Shown here one piece after another: positions 10,844 through 24,209 of a stretch of DNA of 64,000 nucleotides. The DNA lies in contig OZ316895.1 of NCBI GenBank assembly GCA_973895155.1, forward strand, positions 6,096,687 through 6,160,686, written 5' to 3'. The notes under the pieces are model-generated. The model was not told the DNA's origin. It saw nothing but the letters and a program-made list of their open reading frames with translations, and did not search any database. A program made the translations under genes and the position numbers. Within the stretch, counting starts at the first letter, position 1, and every line of letters starts with the position of its first letter. Origin of the DNA: Marsupella aquatica. Lineage: Eukaryota; Plantae; Marchantiophyta.

Positions 10844-12781
10844 ATGGGGCATCTGTCCGTCAACAAGGCTCGAGTTTGTACGAAGCTGGGATATGAAAGG
10901 CCCACGGTTGCCCACGCTGTCCTTCTAGTTGTAGTATGGTCTCTCTTCGTCTTCCAAATACAGTGCAATTATGTAGTTGAAGAAAGGAACCTCAAGGTAA
11001 TATTTCCGACCTCGATTGAAGGCCAGTATGACACGGCCATGAGCAGCTTTGGTCGGCCAGCATATGCAGGATCTGTCGTCGGAGCACTGCAAGTTCCGGC
11101 CAGTGGAGAATCTGCGTGTATGGATTTGAGCAGGTACAACGTCGCTTTCAAGGGTGATTATCAGCACGTTCCTATTGCTCTGGTTGAGAGCAGTGGAGAA
11201 TGTGATTTTGCTTGGAAAGTCCTGAATGCCCAGAAGGCTGGTGCTAAAGCGGTCCTGATCGTTGACAAGCAGGATCAGCTTCTGGAGGAGTTTGCGAATA
11301 GTGATGTCGCAACTCCACCCCGTTCAGTCGCTTATGTGAACAACATAACCATTCCTTCGGCTCTGATAAACAAGACCGTGGGGGATCTATGCAAGAGCGA
11401 GCTTACTGGTGGTAGTGTGACTGTGAAGCTGCAGTGGACTGAGGCTCCCACGGATCCCGTGAATTATGAGATCTGGACCATTAGCCAAGACAAGTGCGGC
11501 TCTCAGTGCGACACGCAAGTCGAGTTTGTGCAGAATTTCAGGGCTGTGGCACAGAATCTTGAGAAGGGAGGATACACGGTCTTCACTCCTCATTACATTG
11601 TATGGTTCTGCCCTGAGAAGTACCTAGACTCGAAAGAGTGCAAATCCCAGTGTATCAACAATGGCAGGTATTGCTCACCGGATCCGGAGGACGACTTTGA
11701 AGCCGGGTATGAAGGGAAGGAAGTGGTACTAGAGAACTTGAGGCAGCTGTGTGTTCACAAGTTGCTGGTCAAGCAGAAGAGATCGTGGATTTGGTGGGAT
11801 TACGTTGCAGATTACGAGGTTAGATGCTCGATGAAGGAAGGTCAGTACACTCGGCATTGTGGAAACAAAGTGGCGGTGTCTTTGGGATTGGATAGTTCCG
11901 AGCTAGACATGTGCATGGGTGATCCCGAGGCTGATGAAGTGAACGAGCTCTTGAAAGCGGAGCAAGTGGATCAGAGTGACAAGGGAGGCGACAGGGGAGC
12001 CATCACGATTACTCCCACCATTGTTATCAACAACAAGCAGTACACGGGCAAGCTGGAAAACGGGGCAGTGTTGAAGACCTTGTGCAAGCAATTTTTGGAA
12101 GGAGAAGAGCCGTCGTTGTGCTTGAGTGGCTCCATGGAGACTAACGAATGTTTGACTAATAATGGAGGATGCTGGATGCACAAGGATGGTCTAGTTTCAG
12201 CTTGTAGGGATACCTACAAAGGCCGAGTTTGTGAGTGCCCTTTCTACCAAGGGGTTCAAATGGAAGGAGATGGGTATTCCTTCTGTGAGCCAGTAGGGCC
12301 TGGAAGGTGTAGAATCGACAATGCTGGTTGTTGGACGGAGAGTCGTGGCAACGTGACGTTCTCCGCTTGCTCAGACTCTCAAAACAAGGGTTGCCAATGT
12401 CCTGTGGGATTTAGTGGTGATGTTAATGGTGATGCCTGTGTGAATATCAACGAATGCTCTGAGAAGACACGATGTCAATGCAAGGAGTGCACTTGCGCAG
12501 ATACGTGGGGAAGTTATGACTGTTCTTGCTCCGGGAATCTCATATACTTGAGAGAAAATGACGCCTGTGTGCGGAAGATGGCTTCGACTGCGAAGATATA
12601 TTGGGTTAGTTTCAGTGTGTTGGGGTTTTCGTTGCTTGCAATTACAGTTGCTGGCTTTCTAGTGTACAAATATCAGGTGAGGGAGTACATGGATTCGAGG
12701 ATTAGAACCACTTTGGCTCAATATATGCCTCTTGATTCCAGTAATCAAGATATTTACAGACACCTTCAAGATGAAGGGTGA
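10844..12781 (+). CDS. VSR: Vacuolar sorting receptor (BP-80/VSR family), single coding exon, ~645 aa
   Basis: Uninterrupted ORF from the first ATG at 10844. Hydrophobic signal-like segment, PA domain (NAQKAGAKAVLI), central domain (FTPHYIVWFCP, CKSQCINNGRYC, ENLRQLC, WWDYV), three EGF repeats, TM helix and a cytosolic tail containing YMPL. Confidence 0.95.
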   Translation: MGHLSVNKARVCTKLGYERPTVAHAVLLVVVWSLFVFQIQCNYVVEERNLKVIFPTSIEGQYDTAMSSFGRPAYAGSVVGALQVPASGESACMDLSRYNVAFKGDYQHVPIALVESSGECDFAWKVLNAQKAGAKAVLIVDKQDQLLEEFANSDVATPPRSVAYVNNITIPSALINKTVGDLCKSELTGGSVTVKLQWTEAPTDPVNYEIWTISQDKCGSQCDTQVEFVQNFRAVAQNLEKGGYTVFTPHYIVWFCPEKYLDSKECKSQCINNGRYCSPDPEDDFEAGYEGKEVVLENLRQLCVHKLLVKQKRSWIWWDYVADYEVRCSMKEGQYTRHCGNKVAVSLGLDSSELDMCMGDPEADEVNELLKAEQVDQSDKGGDRGAITITPTIVINNKQYTGKLENGAVLKTLCKQFLEGEEPSLCLSGSMETNECLTNNGGCWMHKDGLVSACRDTYKGRVCECPFYQGVQMEGDGYSFCEPVGPGRCRIDNAGCWTESRGNVTFSACSDSQNKGCQCPVGFSGDVNGDACVNINECSEKTRCQCKECTCADTWGSYDCSCSGNLIYLRENDACVRKMASTAKIYWVSFSVLGFSLLAITVAGFLVYKYQVREYMDSRIRTTLAQYMPLDSSNQDIYRHLQDEG

Positions 12782-13197
12782 TAGAAATTGAGAGGTCTAT
12801 GGATTGAATTTTATGAAAGTTCTTGTTAGGTAGAAGCTTACTGTAGCACGAGATTGTAGGAGCTGTAAATTTAGTTCTGTAAGATGATTCATAATTTGCA
12901 TTATAAGAATTTGGAACATTCAAGTTGCGTCTTGGAACATGAGTCCTGCCTTCCATTCTTGCATAAGTGGGTCGAAGAGAACGGATGATAGCTTGCCAAG
13001 GATCCCACTTTGCACTCAATCGAATTATGTCTATGCCAAAAGTTTGAGTGGATAAATGAACCTATTGCGCATTCCTAGGGACCTATCTCAGGAACACGAA
13101 TTGGGCTATCTCGGGTATCCTAGTCAAGTGTTGTAAAATTTGCCCCATGTTATAAAATATGATGATACTTTTTCATTTCGATGTTCTGCTGAACTAG

Positions 13198-16100
13198 CTA
13201 ATCCAAAGCTTTATGGATCTCTATGAAAGTAGGTGTAGTACCGAAGGGAGAATGACAGAGAGGACAATGCTTCAGACCCCTGATTTTGCTAGACATAAGC
13301 CAATGCTTGCACGTCATGCATTGAATATGATCCTCGTTTACGATCAAAGTTCCACTCGCCATACATACAGGGAAAATTGCAGGACACGAAGTTGTCGAGC
13401 ATTTGGTCTCCAATTCCTGCATGCAAGTCGTTTGAGAAGAAGCCAAATTTCAAGACAGATCGTTGTATGGTCATTGCCACCATAAGTGGATTTGATACTA
13501 AAACAGACCTTTCACGTAAGGATCATCTTTTCGACTTCCCGGACCTTGTTTTGAGTTGCGCCTACCATATTCCGTGAAGGCACTGTGTTGCTTCTTAAAA
13601 AATTCAGAGGTGGCATCGATAGCAAACAGCTACCTGAATTTGAGCTCCACAATCGGGACAAGTCCGATTACTGCAGTTCATGGGGCTCACTGGACTGTGT
13701 TGTGTGAAGATGCACAATGCCAGCTGCTCTATTGCAGTTTGCTTCAGTTTGGAAATTTCTTTCAGCTCTTCAAGCTTCACAAATGCTCGGCTGCACTCTT
13801 TATAGTGCTGCAATCAACAAATTTCAGTCGATCGTCATTGAAACCAGTAAAAACCGTTTCCAATAGTTGGAATGACAACGTCACAAAGTTCCTTAGAAAA
13901 TATAGCTTAAAGTTACTTGGTCCACTGACATATTTCTTCAACGAACAAAGAGGACATGTAGTGCGTGTTTTCAATGTTTTCAGCCACTTTTAACAGCTAC
14001 AACGAGCAGACACGAAGTTGTATCCGAATAAAGTGGATCAAAAAATTTGAAAAGACACGAACTTAGAGCAGTATTGCAAAGGAATCATATTACCTTGTTG
14101 TAGAAAGATGTGATGGCAATGAGGGAGTAAATTTCTTCTACACTTAACACGTCCTCATAGTTCCTCAGCCACCATGCAGCCTGACGAGGTTTCCGGAAAA
14201 GTGAGTGATTGTTAATAATATTTATTTCAGACCCCGGGAGTGGAGATATTTAAAACCAATAAAATAAGTACCGCTTTAGATAACTTGCTATAAGAAAGAG
14301 CGGCGGGCAGAGACTTCTCATAGTGCTTACACATCACGATTGCCCTCAAAAACTTGAGCATAGTTCCTGACTACAGTATGCAGCGTGCCTTGCGTTGAAT
14401 AGTTTACAGGAAAAAGACGGATTGAAGCATTGATGTATGAGAAAGGTGTTCATGTCACAAAGATTTCTTTAGGCTTCTCGCGAGGGAATTAAAACCAAGT
14501 CCAACAGAAGGATCCAAGCAAGACCTTCATTGCCTGATCAAAATGGGCAGCATAAAGCTCACGGTGAGCATGCAGCCAAAAGTGGTAAGCCTCTGCTCCA
14601 TGCCAAGCATTCTCTAAAGACTTATCAATCATTGCTGCAGCATCACGCTGGCAATCCACCAGATCAGAACGATTCAAAGCAATTGATCAGTGGTAGACAC
14701 AAGTGAGGAAACTTTGGGATCAAAAAGACATACCGGGTGGAGATCTGAGACACCATACTTCTATTAGGCCATTAAGAGACACTTCAGCCAAGGTTTTCTA
14801 TGCACTTGTCTGTGCGCGTTGACTTTGCTAACAATGTGTGAAAGAGATGCTGTCTCCTTGGAATTTCAGCTACATTGGGCTACCCCCTCACCCTCTAGTA
14901 CCATTTTGATTCCCTTCAGAGATACACTATCTTCTTTGGGAGAATGACTGAGATTTAAATGACACATCGGATATCGCTTCTCCTGGCGTATTTATATTTT
15001 CGATTTCAGTTTGGTCCATTAGAAATACCTGTGCTCCCATGGTTGATGCTTTGTAAGCTTCTATTTGCAAAGCAGCGAGCACAAAGAGCTTCTTAACATC
15101 CACAGGGTTTTGCTGAATCAACATGAACATGAAGAGTACAGAGGGTCAGCTCCCACTGACAATGACATCTTCATGCCTGAACACAATTTGCGATGTTCAA
15201 TTCACATGAGACATGGTTGATCCTCAACTCTGCTGCAATCATAAGTGTTGAAGTTCTCCTATAAAAGTATTTGTCACCTTTTTTTCCGCAAATTGCTTCG
15301 CAAGGTTGTTTAGTACTTTGGCGGCAAGTTGACTTTGCCCGGCTTTGTTATACACCTCGACTGCAAGCAAAGGGTGTCCAGACTCCAAAAATGACTTTGT
15401 GTATTCAGACATGATCCCAGGAACTCTATCGACAGTGTCATTGGTATGTGACAGAGCCATGGCCTTGTCCCAGTGATTGAGCTCCATGCAACAGTCAATA
15501 GCAGCGTTTATCTCCCCCCCTCTGATGAAACACTTCACCTACAGAGAGAGTGTCGGCCGGCTTTAGTGCTTGCTTTGATCATCTAGTGAACATGAATTCC
15601 ATAAAGCTGACCCGTGGTTGAGGAAAAGATAGCTCACCGCGTTGTCACAAACACCAACGCTTGCAAACATTTTGCCAATCTTGAGAAGAAGGAGAGATCC
15701 ATCAGGGAGACTCTCCATGAGCTTCTCAAGACGTGGCCAATTTTGTAAAGCGTAATAACAGTCTGCAAGCTTTTCAATGTTCATGGCTTTTCCATAGTAA
15801 GTTGCTGCCTTTCTCCAATTTTGTCGATCAGCGTAATAATTCCCAATACTGTTCCACGTCAGCTCCAGAAGTACACCTTGACCAGCAACACTATCGTACA
15901 ACAACCTCTCCACTCTAATTCCAAATAAATGTTTGAGCGAACGAGTCGTTAGCTTTTGTTTACATCGAATATCCTATCCTCAAGTTGAATTGCAAAAGAG
16001 ACATTGAATTATTCATGCATCAAATTCTGCCAGGTAGGAAGACGATCATTAGGAGTCTGTTTGCTATATGCTGAAACCGAAAAGACATCCTAGTTGGGTC

Positions 16101-19100
16101 CCGAAAGCTGAAATATGAACAAATAATACGGAGAGAATATGCCTTTAAACCCCATGATGGTAAACATCATACTCTTTTTTTGCAATTCAGTGCACTTTTC
16201 CACACCATGACCACTAATTGCTGAAGCACTCCAGTCTTTAAGCTGAAACAAATTATCTATTGATCGGAGAAAACTTGACTCTGCAGTTGCAAGACTTCTT
16301 TATTGCAAAATAGTTGGACTAAGCATGCGTTACATTTCAGCAGTCATTTTACAAAAGACTTGTGGCATTCATCTATCAATAAGATCAATGTTAAGGTATG
16401 GAAATTATCTTACATGAACCAGTCGCCAATTTTTATACGCATATCAATGGCAAGGTCTATCCTGTCCATCTCGGTGTATATTTTTTGAGCTGCATCGAAT
16501 CTCTTGAAATATATGCAAATCTGCTCAAGCGTAATCTGTGAACTCTTCACCACCATAACAGCTACTGCTGGAGTTGACATATGATCTGGTTCATTTCTTG
16601 TTTTTTGCTAACAAGATAATTAAAGATCCATGGAACATTATGCTCCTGTCTCTTGATTTCAGGTTTTGCCCACACCACTGAACTGCTAAGAAGGGACTAA
16701 ATTTTGGTCATTATTGATATGATTCGACTGTAAGCTTTGATGTGCAAATGTATCTTTTGAGAAACTTCTTAGGAAGCAAATATGTCATGCAATCTAAACC
16801 TTACTTCTCTTTGGTGCAAGGATAAGAGAGGCTATCCAGAGGGATGGCGTGCAACTGCAGTTACCTCTGCTAGTTGCGAGTTCTTCTCTTTTATGGGGTG
16901 AAGGCCTTTCACAAACTGTATTCCGTAATAATGTTGACACCTTACAAAGGCCTGTGCAGAAACCCGACAGAGGCATAGAGCTCATGATCTGTGTTCTCAT
17001 CGTCATGTCTTCTACGGAACATGGCTTTATCTCATCTGTTAGCCCGGCTTAAATTGATGCCTACAAGCATGGTGATCAATTTCATCGACATTTGAAATAT
17101 TGTAGCACTTAATTGAGATCAGTAACCTCGGTTATTGTTTAAGAAGTCGAAAGACATCTCATCAGGAAAGCTTAAGGGCAAGAAAAGAGACTGCGATATG
17201 TCTTGCGGTTGGGGAAAGAAGCGATTGAGGAAAGGACCACTACCTTTTCAGCGACAGACAAGTTAAGGTTCTCCAGGGCATGCTCAGCAAGAGACACCCA
17301 TAACCTTGGGTGGGCATGCTCTTCTACATATGAGAAAGCATCGTGAATGTCAACTGCCATGAGCATTTGTCGAGTGTCACGTAAGGATTTAGTTTCATAG
17401 TTAAACACATGGTCCTGGCCTGGCTCTTCTGGCTTTGACATCACTTCATCTAGATGAACTGCTTGGATCTGCATGAGCAGAGCAATGGAGCAAGATTTAG
17501 TTTATTGAGAGTTGATTTATATGGTCGAGCAGCTTTTATTTTACTCCATTAAGATACCCATTAATATGGAAGAAACCTACTGAAAGTTCCCTTCATCCTA
17601 AAAGCCAGGGTCAACGGGGACCGCCTACAAATTATTTTTCAGAAGCAGAGGTGGGTGATCACATTGTGCAATGCTTACGAAAAGATCAATACTTCTATGG
17701 GTGATTACCTGCAAATTATGGAAATTGCAGAGATAAGCTGTACAGGGCACAGGTTCCTCAGGATCCGTTCCGCGGAAAATGTACATACGTGTCTTTTCCA
17801 TGATTGCCAGTAAGTCAGGGTTATCATCTGCCCACTTTATACACCAGACATCCTTTCTCTCAAAGTCTTGAACTCTTGCATTCGTCAAAACGGGCTGCAG
17901 GGTAAGCATCCCAAACAGACGGTGACTTGTCAAGCGAATCGCTTTTTAACTCAATCGCCATACTCTGCCTCAGCAACTTCATGTTGACGGACAGGCATAG
18001 TATTCTATGGTTGGAGGCCGTTAGGATAACAAATCACGTTCTGCCGACATCAACGAAGTCATGAACACTGGCTACAAAGTGGTAATTTTGGGAGTGCACT
18101 GGATCCAAAGACCCTGAATTAGAAAGGACAACCAAGCTGGATTTCAAGACAATTCATGAGTGCAACCTCCTCTGTTCCTCCACCTTGCAGCAGGTCATAG
18201 AATGTGAGCACTCCATTCATATCAATGACAGCTAGCCGGGCTGAATTGCAGTTTAGTTCCAACACTGCAAAAATTCCACAAAAAGGGAATTGGCTAAAAG
18301 AAATTTAAGGTTTTTAGGGAGAAATCTTGTGGGCAATAGCACGGGCTTCAAATTTTCTATATTGTTCCGAGGGCCAAAACCTTTGCCACACAAGGCAAGC
18401 ACAAATGATTTCCTTAAGACACAGCCCAAGATTGAAGGTGAAATTGTTAGAACGGGTTTATCGAAATCTGTCTCCATACACTCCGACGGCTTTACGAAAC
18501 AAGTTTTACCTTGAGGTCTGCATTGTAGTAGATCTTTTGTCTCGAGATTCAGCAGGGGCAAATTATAGCGATGCACAATGCCTGACTCTCGCCCTACTAT
18601 TAAATATTTTTCAGAGCAGCAAATACAGCAGATCTGATCTGAGCTACCTCCATCGTTTATCTCGTCGCTCTGCATCATAAAAGAGCAAATGTTGGAAAAT
18701 TCCCTCAAAGCCCTACTGTCTTTGTCACTGGCTCAACCTTGATGGAATTGTTTTGTACAACTGCTACTCACCGACCCGCAAACGGTAGAACGAAGAACTG
18801 TGTCGTAAGTTTGCATCTCAGAAGTGTCTCCATGTAACGGCTACTATTTGAGATAGAGTCTACTGTTCCACCAATCCCCGGTTTTAGACCCCTAGAGCAT
18901 CTCTTCATATACACGTTGGAAAAAGTTGAACTGAACTGATAACGAAGTCCACTTTCAAACAGAGTAACTTGGTCGAGCTCAGAGTGGAAACCTGATCTGT
19001 CAAAACTTGTGCCTCGTCAATATGAAAGACATGTTCGTATGGAGAGAAGGTTTCTGATGATGATTGGGACTCTGAAGATCCCTTGTATCTCCACACGTAG

Positions 19101-22100
19101 ACTTTGTCTTCTGAAGCTACGAATACATGGACCTGCATCAAATAAAGTACGTCAGAGTCACGAAAGCCGATCCTTCAACAAAGATTACGAAACCACCCAC
19201 GAACAAATGAGATACATGCATCAAGCAGAAACTCATTCTGTAGACGATTTCTTGACACAATTGATTTATTGTTGATTTGACTGACTTTGTATGTTAAACT
19301 CAATGCTCCTATTAGTGAAACTCTATTAGAACACTAAGAGAATCCAATCCAATGATCACTTGGAAAACACTGCCCAATGAAGTAAACGACAGAAGCACTA
19401 ACTAATGGGCCCTACTTGGACCAAAGGTCCGATAGCAATAGTATACTACAGTCTGAATACCTGGTTCACTGACGTCTATCATAGACGCTATTTCACGATG
19501 TGTAGAAAGGTTGGGTTCGATTTATGTCCTCGATTGAAAATGAAAGGCGCAACGATAAATTGACTGAGGCAAGAAATGTATACGTTGCCTCATCCCTTCG
19601 GCATGTCAAAGCTCAGAAATTTATGACACAGCCCCTTTATATCTAATGGCGTCATCTAGCTACCACCACCATTTCGCTCGCAAGTCACTTGGTGTCTCGA
19701 CTCTTCCTAATGTCTTTAGAAAGTCTAGATCTAAGCCAGTGAGTAGTATATTGGCAGAAATCACTTAACAGAATTCATAGCGATGGACAACGGCTCCACA
19801 GCAATATGTTTGGAGTCTACAGGATTACCAATTGCGTTGCATAATATCAACACGTACTGGGATGCCTCGTCACCCTGGAATACATCTCAAAACGTAGACA
19901 GTAAGTTCTGTACATCATAATATCCACATTGAATCCTCTGTCCAAATCATTTACAAATAAAGGTAGAATTTGAAACTTTACAAGCAGCAATACTTGAGTT
20001 CAAAAGGTGTTTGGAAAGTAACAGCAACTTTTGGCAGTATGCTAGTACTTACCATCGTGGCCAAAACGCAGTGCTCCCCGCAACCAGTCACCGCAATAAG
20101 GCGATTCACATACTTGCAGTACCTAACGCGGATTGCCTTCCTGACTTCAGTGCCTACTTTGCAATAATAAGGTGAACACAGGATTGGAAAGTCAACATAA
20201 AGCAAACTCAGAGAATGATACCAAAGCTCGTCTCGAAAAGAAATGCATACCTTTCGTCTGTAGATATATCCCAGAACATCACGGAATGCTCGGTGTGGTC
20301 CCGTTTTCTGAAACCATATACACAGGTGCTCTTCCCAAAGAAAGCCCAATGGTACTGGGGTCTTATATTCGCAAAGTATATATACGAATCTACTGCCAGT
20401 GCTAGCCTCAATCCTGCCCCTTCCCAGGTTAAAGAACTGGATGCCCAAGTCCCCCCACAAGCCCAGACGAGAAGAAAATCATTTGACTAAAGTTTAAATA
20501 ATGGCTTCTTGTCGTGTACCTTCTATGGTCTTAAAACTGTGTATGTTCAAAGGCTCATCAGTTTACACAATAGCTTCGACGTCGTATTTCGGCTAATTCT
20601 TGAGCATTGTCCTAAAGTCAGAAATGGATGAACCCTTCCGACGACTTGCGGAATTCTTCTACAAATACGTCATTCTCATTCATCATTGGCCCACTGGTAC
20701 AAGGCCATGTTAATCTCTTGAATGCGTTCAGAAGGCCTGCGATTAATCATTCTAAATGCTTCAAAGATGCATCCAAGCAAACGTGTTATCACCTTATATA
20801 TATATTTTCATCAGTAAAGTCAGATGCTGTACCTAGTTTGGGTTCCAGGCACACAGAGTGTACGAAGGTGCATTCCTGAATTAGAATATAGTTGCACCAT
20901 TGATTGTAAAGTCCCAGAGCCCTCCAAAACTTCTGATCCAATAGCAGCAAGAACGTCTCCACAAGGACTCCACTTTATGCACACGGTCCTCATTCGCATA
21001 TCCACCAAGACTGGCTCCTCATCCAGTTCGTGTCTCATCAGCTACTACCCTTAGCCAGAAACATTTCTTGTGACGATACAGGTCTCTTAGGCCACAAGAG
21101 ACTTATTTCACTGACGCAGGCTGACAGGATAGTTCTAAAACCAGTAAACAGAACCTTTTCGGTACAACTCAGGGCTGAAAAAATACTGTTTGCAACAGTA
21201 GGTCCTCAATCTGAATATCAATGGTTGTGCCAGAAAGAGCTCAAACGGAACTGACCTGAATCTTTCCAGTCTCCAGAGCTAAAGCCAAAGTTGGAGCATT
21301 AGAGTCATTATTGCCCTCCAAACCGTTATACCAATCAATGCCCACAATGGATGCGTAATCCCCGTCATTAATGAAACAGATGATCAGTTCTGAAACATAA
21401 TTGCCATTGATATCGTAGATGAGACAGGTGCCCTGCACGTCCAAACTGCTTCAGGCTCAAATTGTGAAAACAAATGGGAAAACCAACAAAAATTAAATTC
21501 TTTATCTTTATCTTCATCTGGATAAAGAAACGGAATTCAAAGTTAATTTGGAAGAGTAAGGAAAAACTCTTCACAAAAAGAGTCACCTGCATTTCACAAG
21601 ACAGTCACCTGCATGGTGCAGAACAGGATTAGTCTTGCATCTGGTGACCACTCAAGAAGTGAAAGTTGGGCATTCAACTCCTTTGTCCAGAGTCGGTTTC
21701 CATCCACATTTCCCATTATCACCTGACCATCTTCGTACATAATGCAGATCTTCTGTCCATCTGAAGACCATCGCAGATCTCGAACCACGCTCTTGTTCCG
21801 ACAATTGATCATCTCTTCGAACCACATGCCCTTGATACACAAGTTGCCAAGTTAGAAGCTTGAGGTCATCCGGGAAGGGTCACATAATCACAGATGTGCT
21901 TAGCATTGCTTTGGTGGATGACACATTTTAGATCTCAGAGGCAACCTGAAAATTTATGTCGAATTCCTCACCAGTTTTTGGCTCAAATGAGATTACAATT
22001 TGCGAATATATCGAGTCATATGCTAGCGAGGTTACACTGATGGATAGCAAAGGGCGTAGTGGGTACTGTGCCAGGCGACTGAGTGAAGAGCGTATTCACG

Positions 22101-23749
22101 GATCCATCCCTTCTTTTTCCCCAATGTTGTCTTGCCCAATACACCAGTTCTTATGCGACAGTAGGAGAATAAAACTCTTCCGTAATTCAGAATCAATGCA
22201 GAACGTGAAGATTGTGGATACGTCAAAAACAATTCTCTTACAAAGCCAACAAAATTAAGTGAAAATTATTTTTTGAACGCCACTCTTTAGTTACCTTGAA
22301 AAGAACCCACACAATCACGAGACCTTTCTCATCAGTGGATGTGAGTTTGCGATAGTTGTGGTTCCATCTAACAGCAACAACAGCGCCATTGTGGCCCTCC
22401 AACAACTGGTTCATTGAAAGAGTAGATGATCCGGCCACGTGTGGTTTCTGATCCCTTTCTCCTTTCGAGTTCCAGGTATCTAGTTTCAGAACCTGAACAC
22501 GGGAACCAACACGAGTGAAAAAATTGAGTCTGAGCTTGGAAAGGCATTATAAGTTCCCGCCCATGCAGAAATAGGGTAACAATACAGTGGAGCAATCTTG
22601 ATGTGACCACTCCCTCAGAGGAACTCTCGCAAGTTGACCCAAGCTCCTACAGCACTACCCCCGCAGGAACAGCTTTACATTGGTAGGACTGGAATACTTC
22701 TGTGGCTTCGCTGATCATGCTATAGTGTGAGTGCAATCACAAGAGTTTCTCAGCTAGAGGCTGTGCATTAAAAATGCGGACATGTAAGTGAAACTCGTGT
22801 GAGACAAGAAAAGGCTTCGCCGTATGGAGCTATTCCACAACGACCTATAACGAGCTCTCCACTCGTGGATGCTGCTCGAGAATTAGTTGTCACAACCGAA
22901 AGGACCAACCTTAAACGGGAAGTCACTTCCAAGAATCTCATCGACGTTAGAGACAGGAACAAGAACGGTTGCAAGCAATAGCCTGTAACATTGGAGACAG
23001 ACAGCTTTCGGTCTGCGACAAGAATTAGTTGTCAAAGGTTGCCCCAAAGATGTCTGTGAATTCTATGCTCCGAGTGAAGGTACTACCGGTCAAGAGAAGT
23101 CTAAGCGAGAGTTGATGGGCAGAAGACAAATTAGAGCCTTGACGAGAGCATTTCGGAGGTACGAGTTTTCATAATCATTTCTCAGGGCAAGACGTATTGT
23201 TTCTTTCTCAGCATGAAATCAACTTCAAACTTTCGGAGAAAACTCGGGCACTGTGCGAGCATTGAAACTCTGCTCAAGAATCTTATCTTTGAAGAGAAAC
23301 AGCAATTTGCATTGACTTGAAGGTCCCAAACATAAACAAGGGATAGCTCGTGCAAACAACCAGGGGAGTGAGAACCAAACGAGGGAAGAAATTCACTTCG
23401 CAACGTAGAAAACGTGGTAACGAGCGACGCTAAACACAGGCTTGAGGGCAACTTGCATTGAAGTGAAATTCAAAACAGAAACAAGCAACGAGACATACGA
23501 GCAAAGAGACTGAATTTACAGTATTGGGATTACTAAGGACGGGGAGATGTAGCCGCGAATCTGTATAAGAGTTATTGTCTTCATCAGCATAATATTGCCT
23601 CATAATGACACAGATGCAGGCAGTAAGAGCACCTTCAGTAGACCGTCTTCGCCACCACAGGCAAGCCACCCTTGATGACTGTTCCACGCCATACTCTTCA
23701 ATTTCGCTCCGTTGGGCATGTTTATCTTCTTGCTCAGGTACAGAAACAT
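13198..23749 (-). CDS. WDR35: WD repeat-containing protein 35 / IFT121 (IFT-A complex), ~23 exons
   Basis: Starts [14 protein letters not shown]...[13 protein letters not shown] (exon 23633-23749). GT-AG exons at 22295-22492 ([10 protein letters not shown]), 21609-21830 (GMWFEEMIN), 21256-21432, 20833-21041, ~20251-20437, ~20052-20121, ~19770-19874, ~18992-19132, ~18510-18669, ~18150-18265, ~17709-17867 ([18 protein letters not shown]), ~17244-17468 (HPRLW), ~16865-16951, ~16414-16519, ~15638-15914, ~15278-15538, ~15029-15115, 14759-14797, ~14525-14648 ([10 protein letters not shown]), ~14094-14180, 13634-13807 and 13198-~13416 (C-terminal CPLCH). Some boundaries are approximate. Confidence 0.93.
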
Positions 23750-24209
23750 CTTGCCAAGTTGCCAGTATGCAAAACACTGCGAAAAGAAACGAAGAAGACC
23801 CGAAGCGTCGACTAGACTCCGTCTGCACTCTTCTGCATTAACCGTATGTAGAAGATTGATATCTTGCACTTACTCCCAAAGTGGAAGAGTGCAGAGGGAA
23901 CGCGGACCGAGACTGCTTCCTGGCCACCGAAATGTGTCCCCCTGCGGTATCCGTGTAACGGCACTCCTTTCCTCTCGTTTGCTCCCGCCCACTCTTTCCC
24001 AACAGATACGATGGAAAGAGTAGCTCGACGAAGTTCAATATCCAATGGTCATTATGGTCTTAAGCCTGACGACAAGAGTCGTGGAATGAACGAAATCAAA
24101 AGGAGGTACTAGTACACTCTTGCGAAAAGGCCGGTAACCTAAGACGAGCTGTCCATTTTCTCCAGCTCCTGTCGAGACGACCGAAGAAAGCGAGGAAGTG
24201 TTCTCAACT

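Noticed and set aside
13914-13997. AG/GT-bounded open segment [13 protein letters not shown]... in a WDR35 intron
   Set aside because: The flanking exons (..SFYNK / HYKECSRAF) join in frame without it, and its length would shift the frame.
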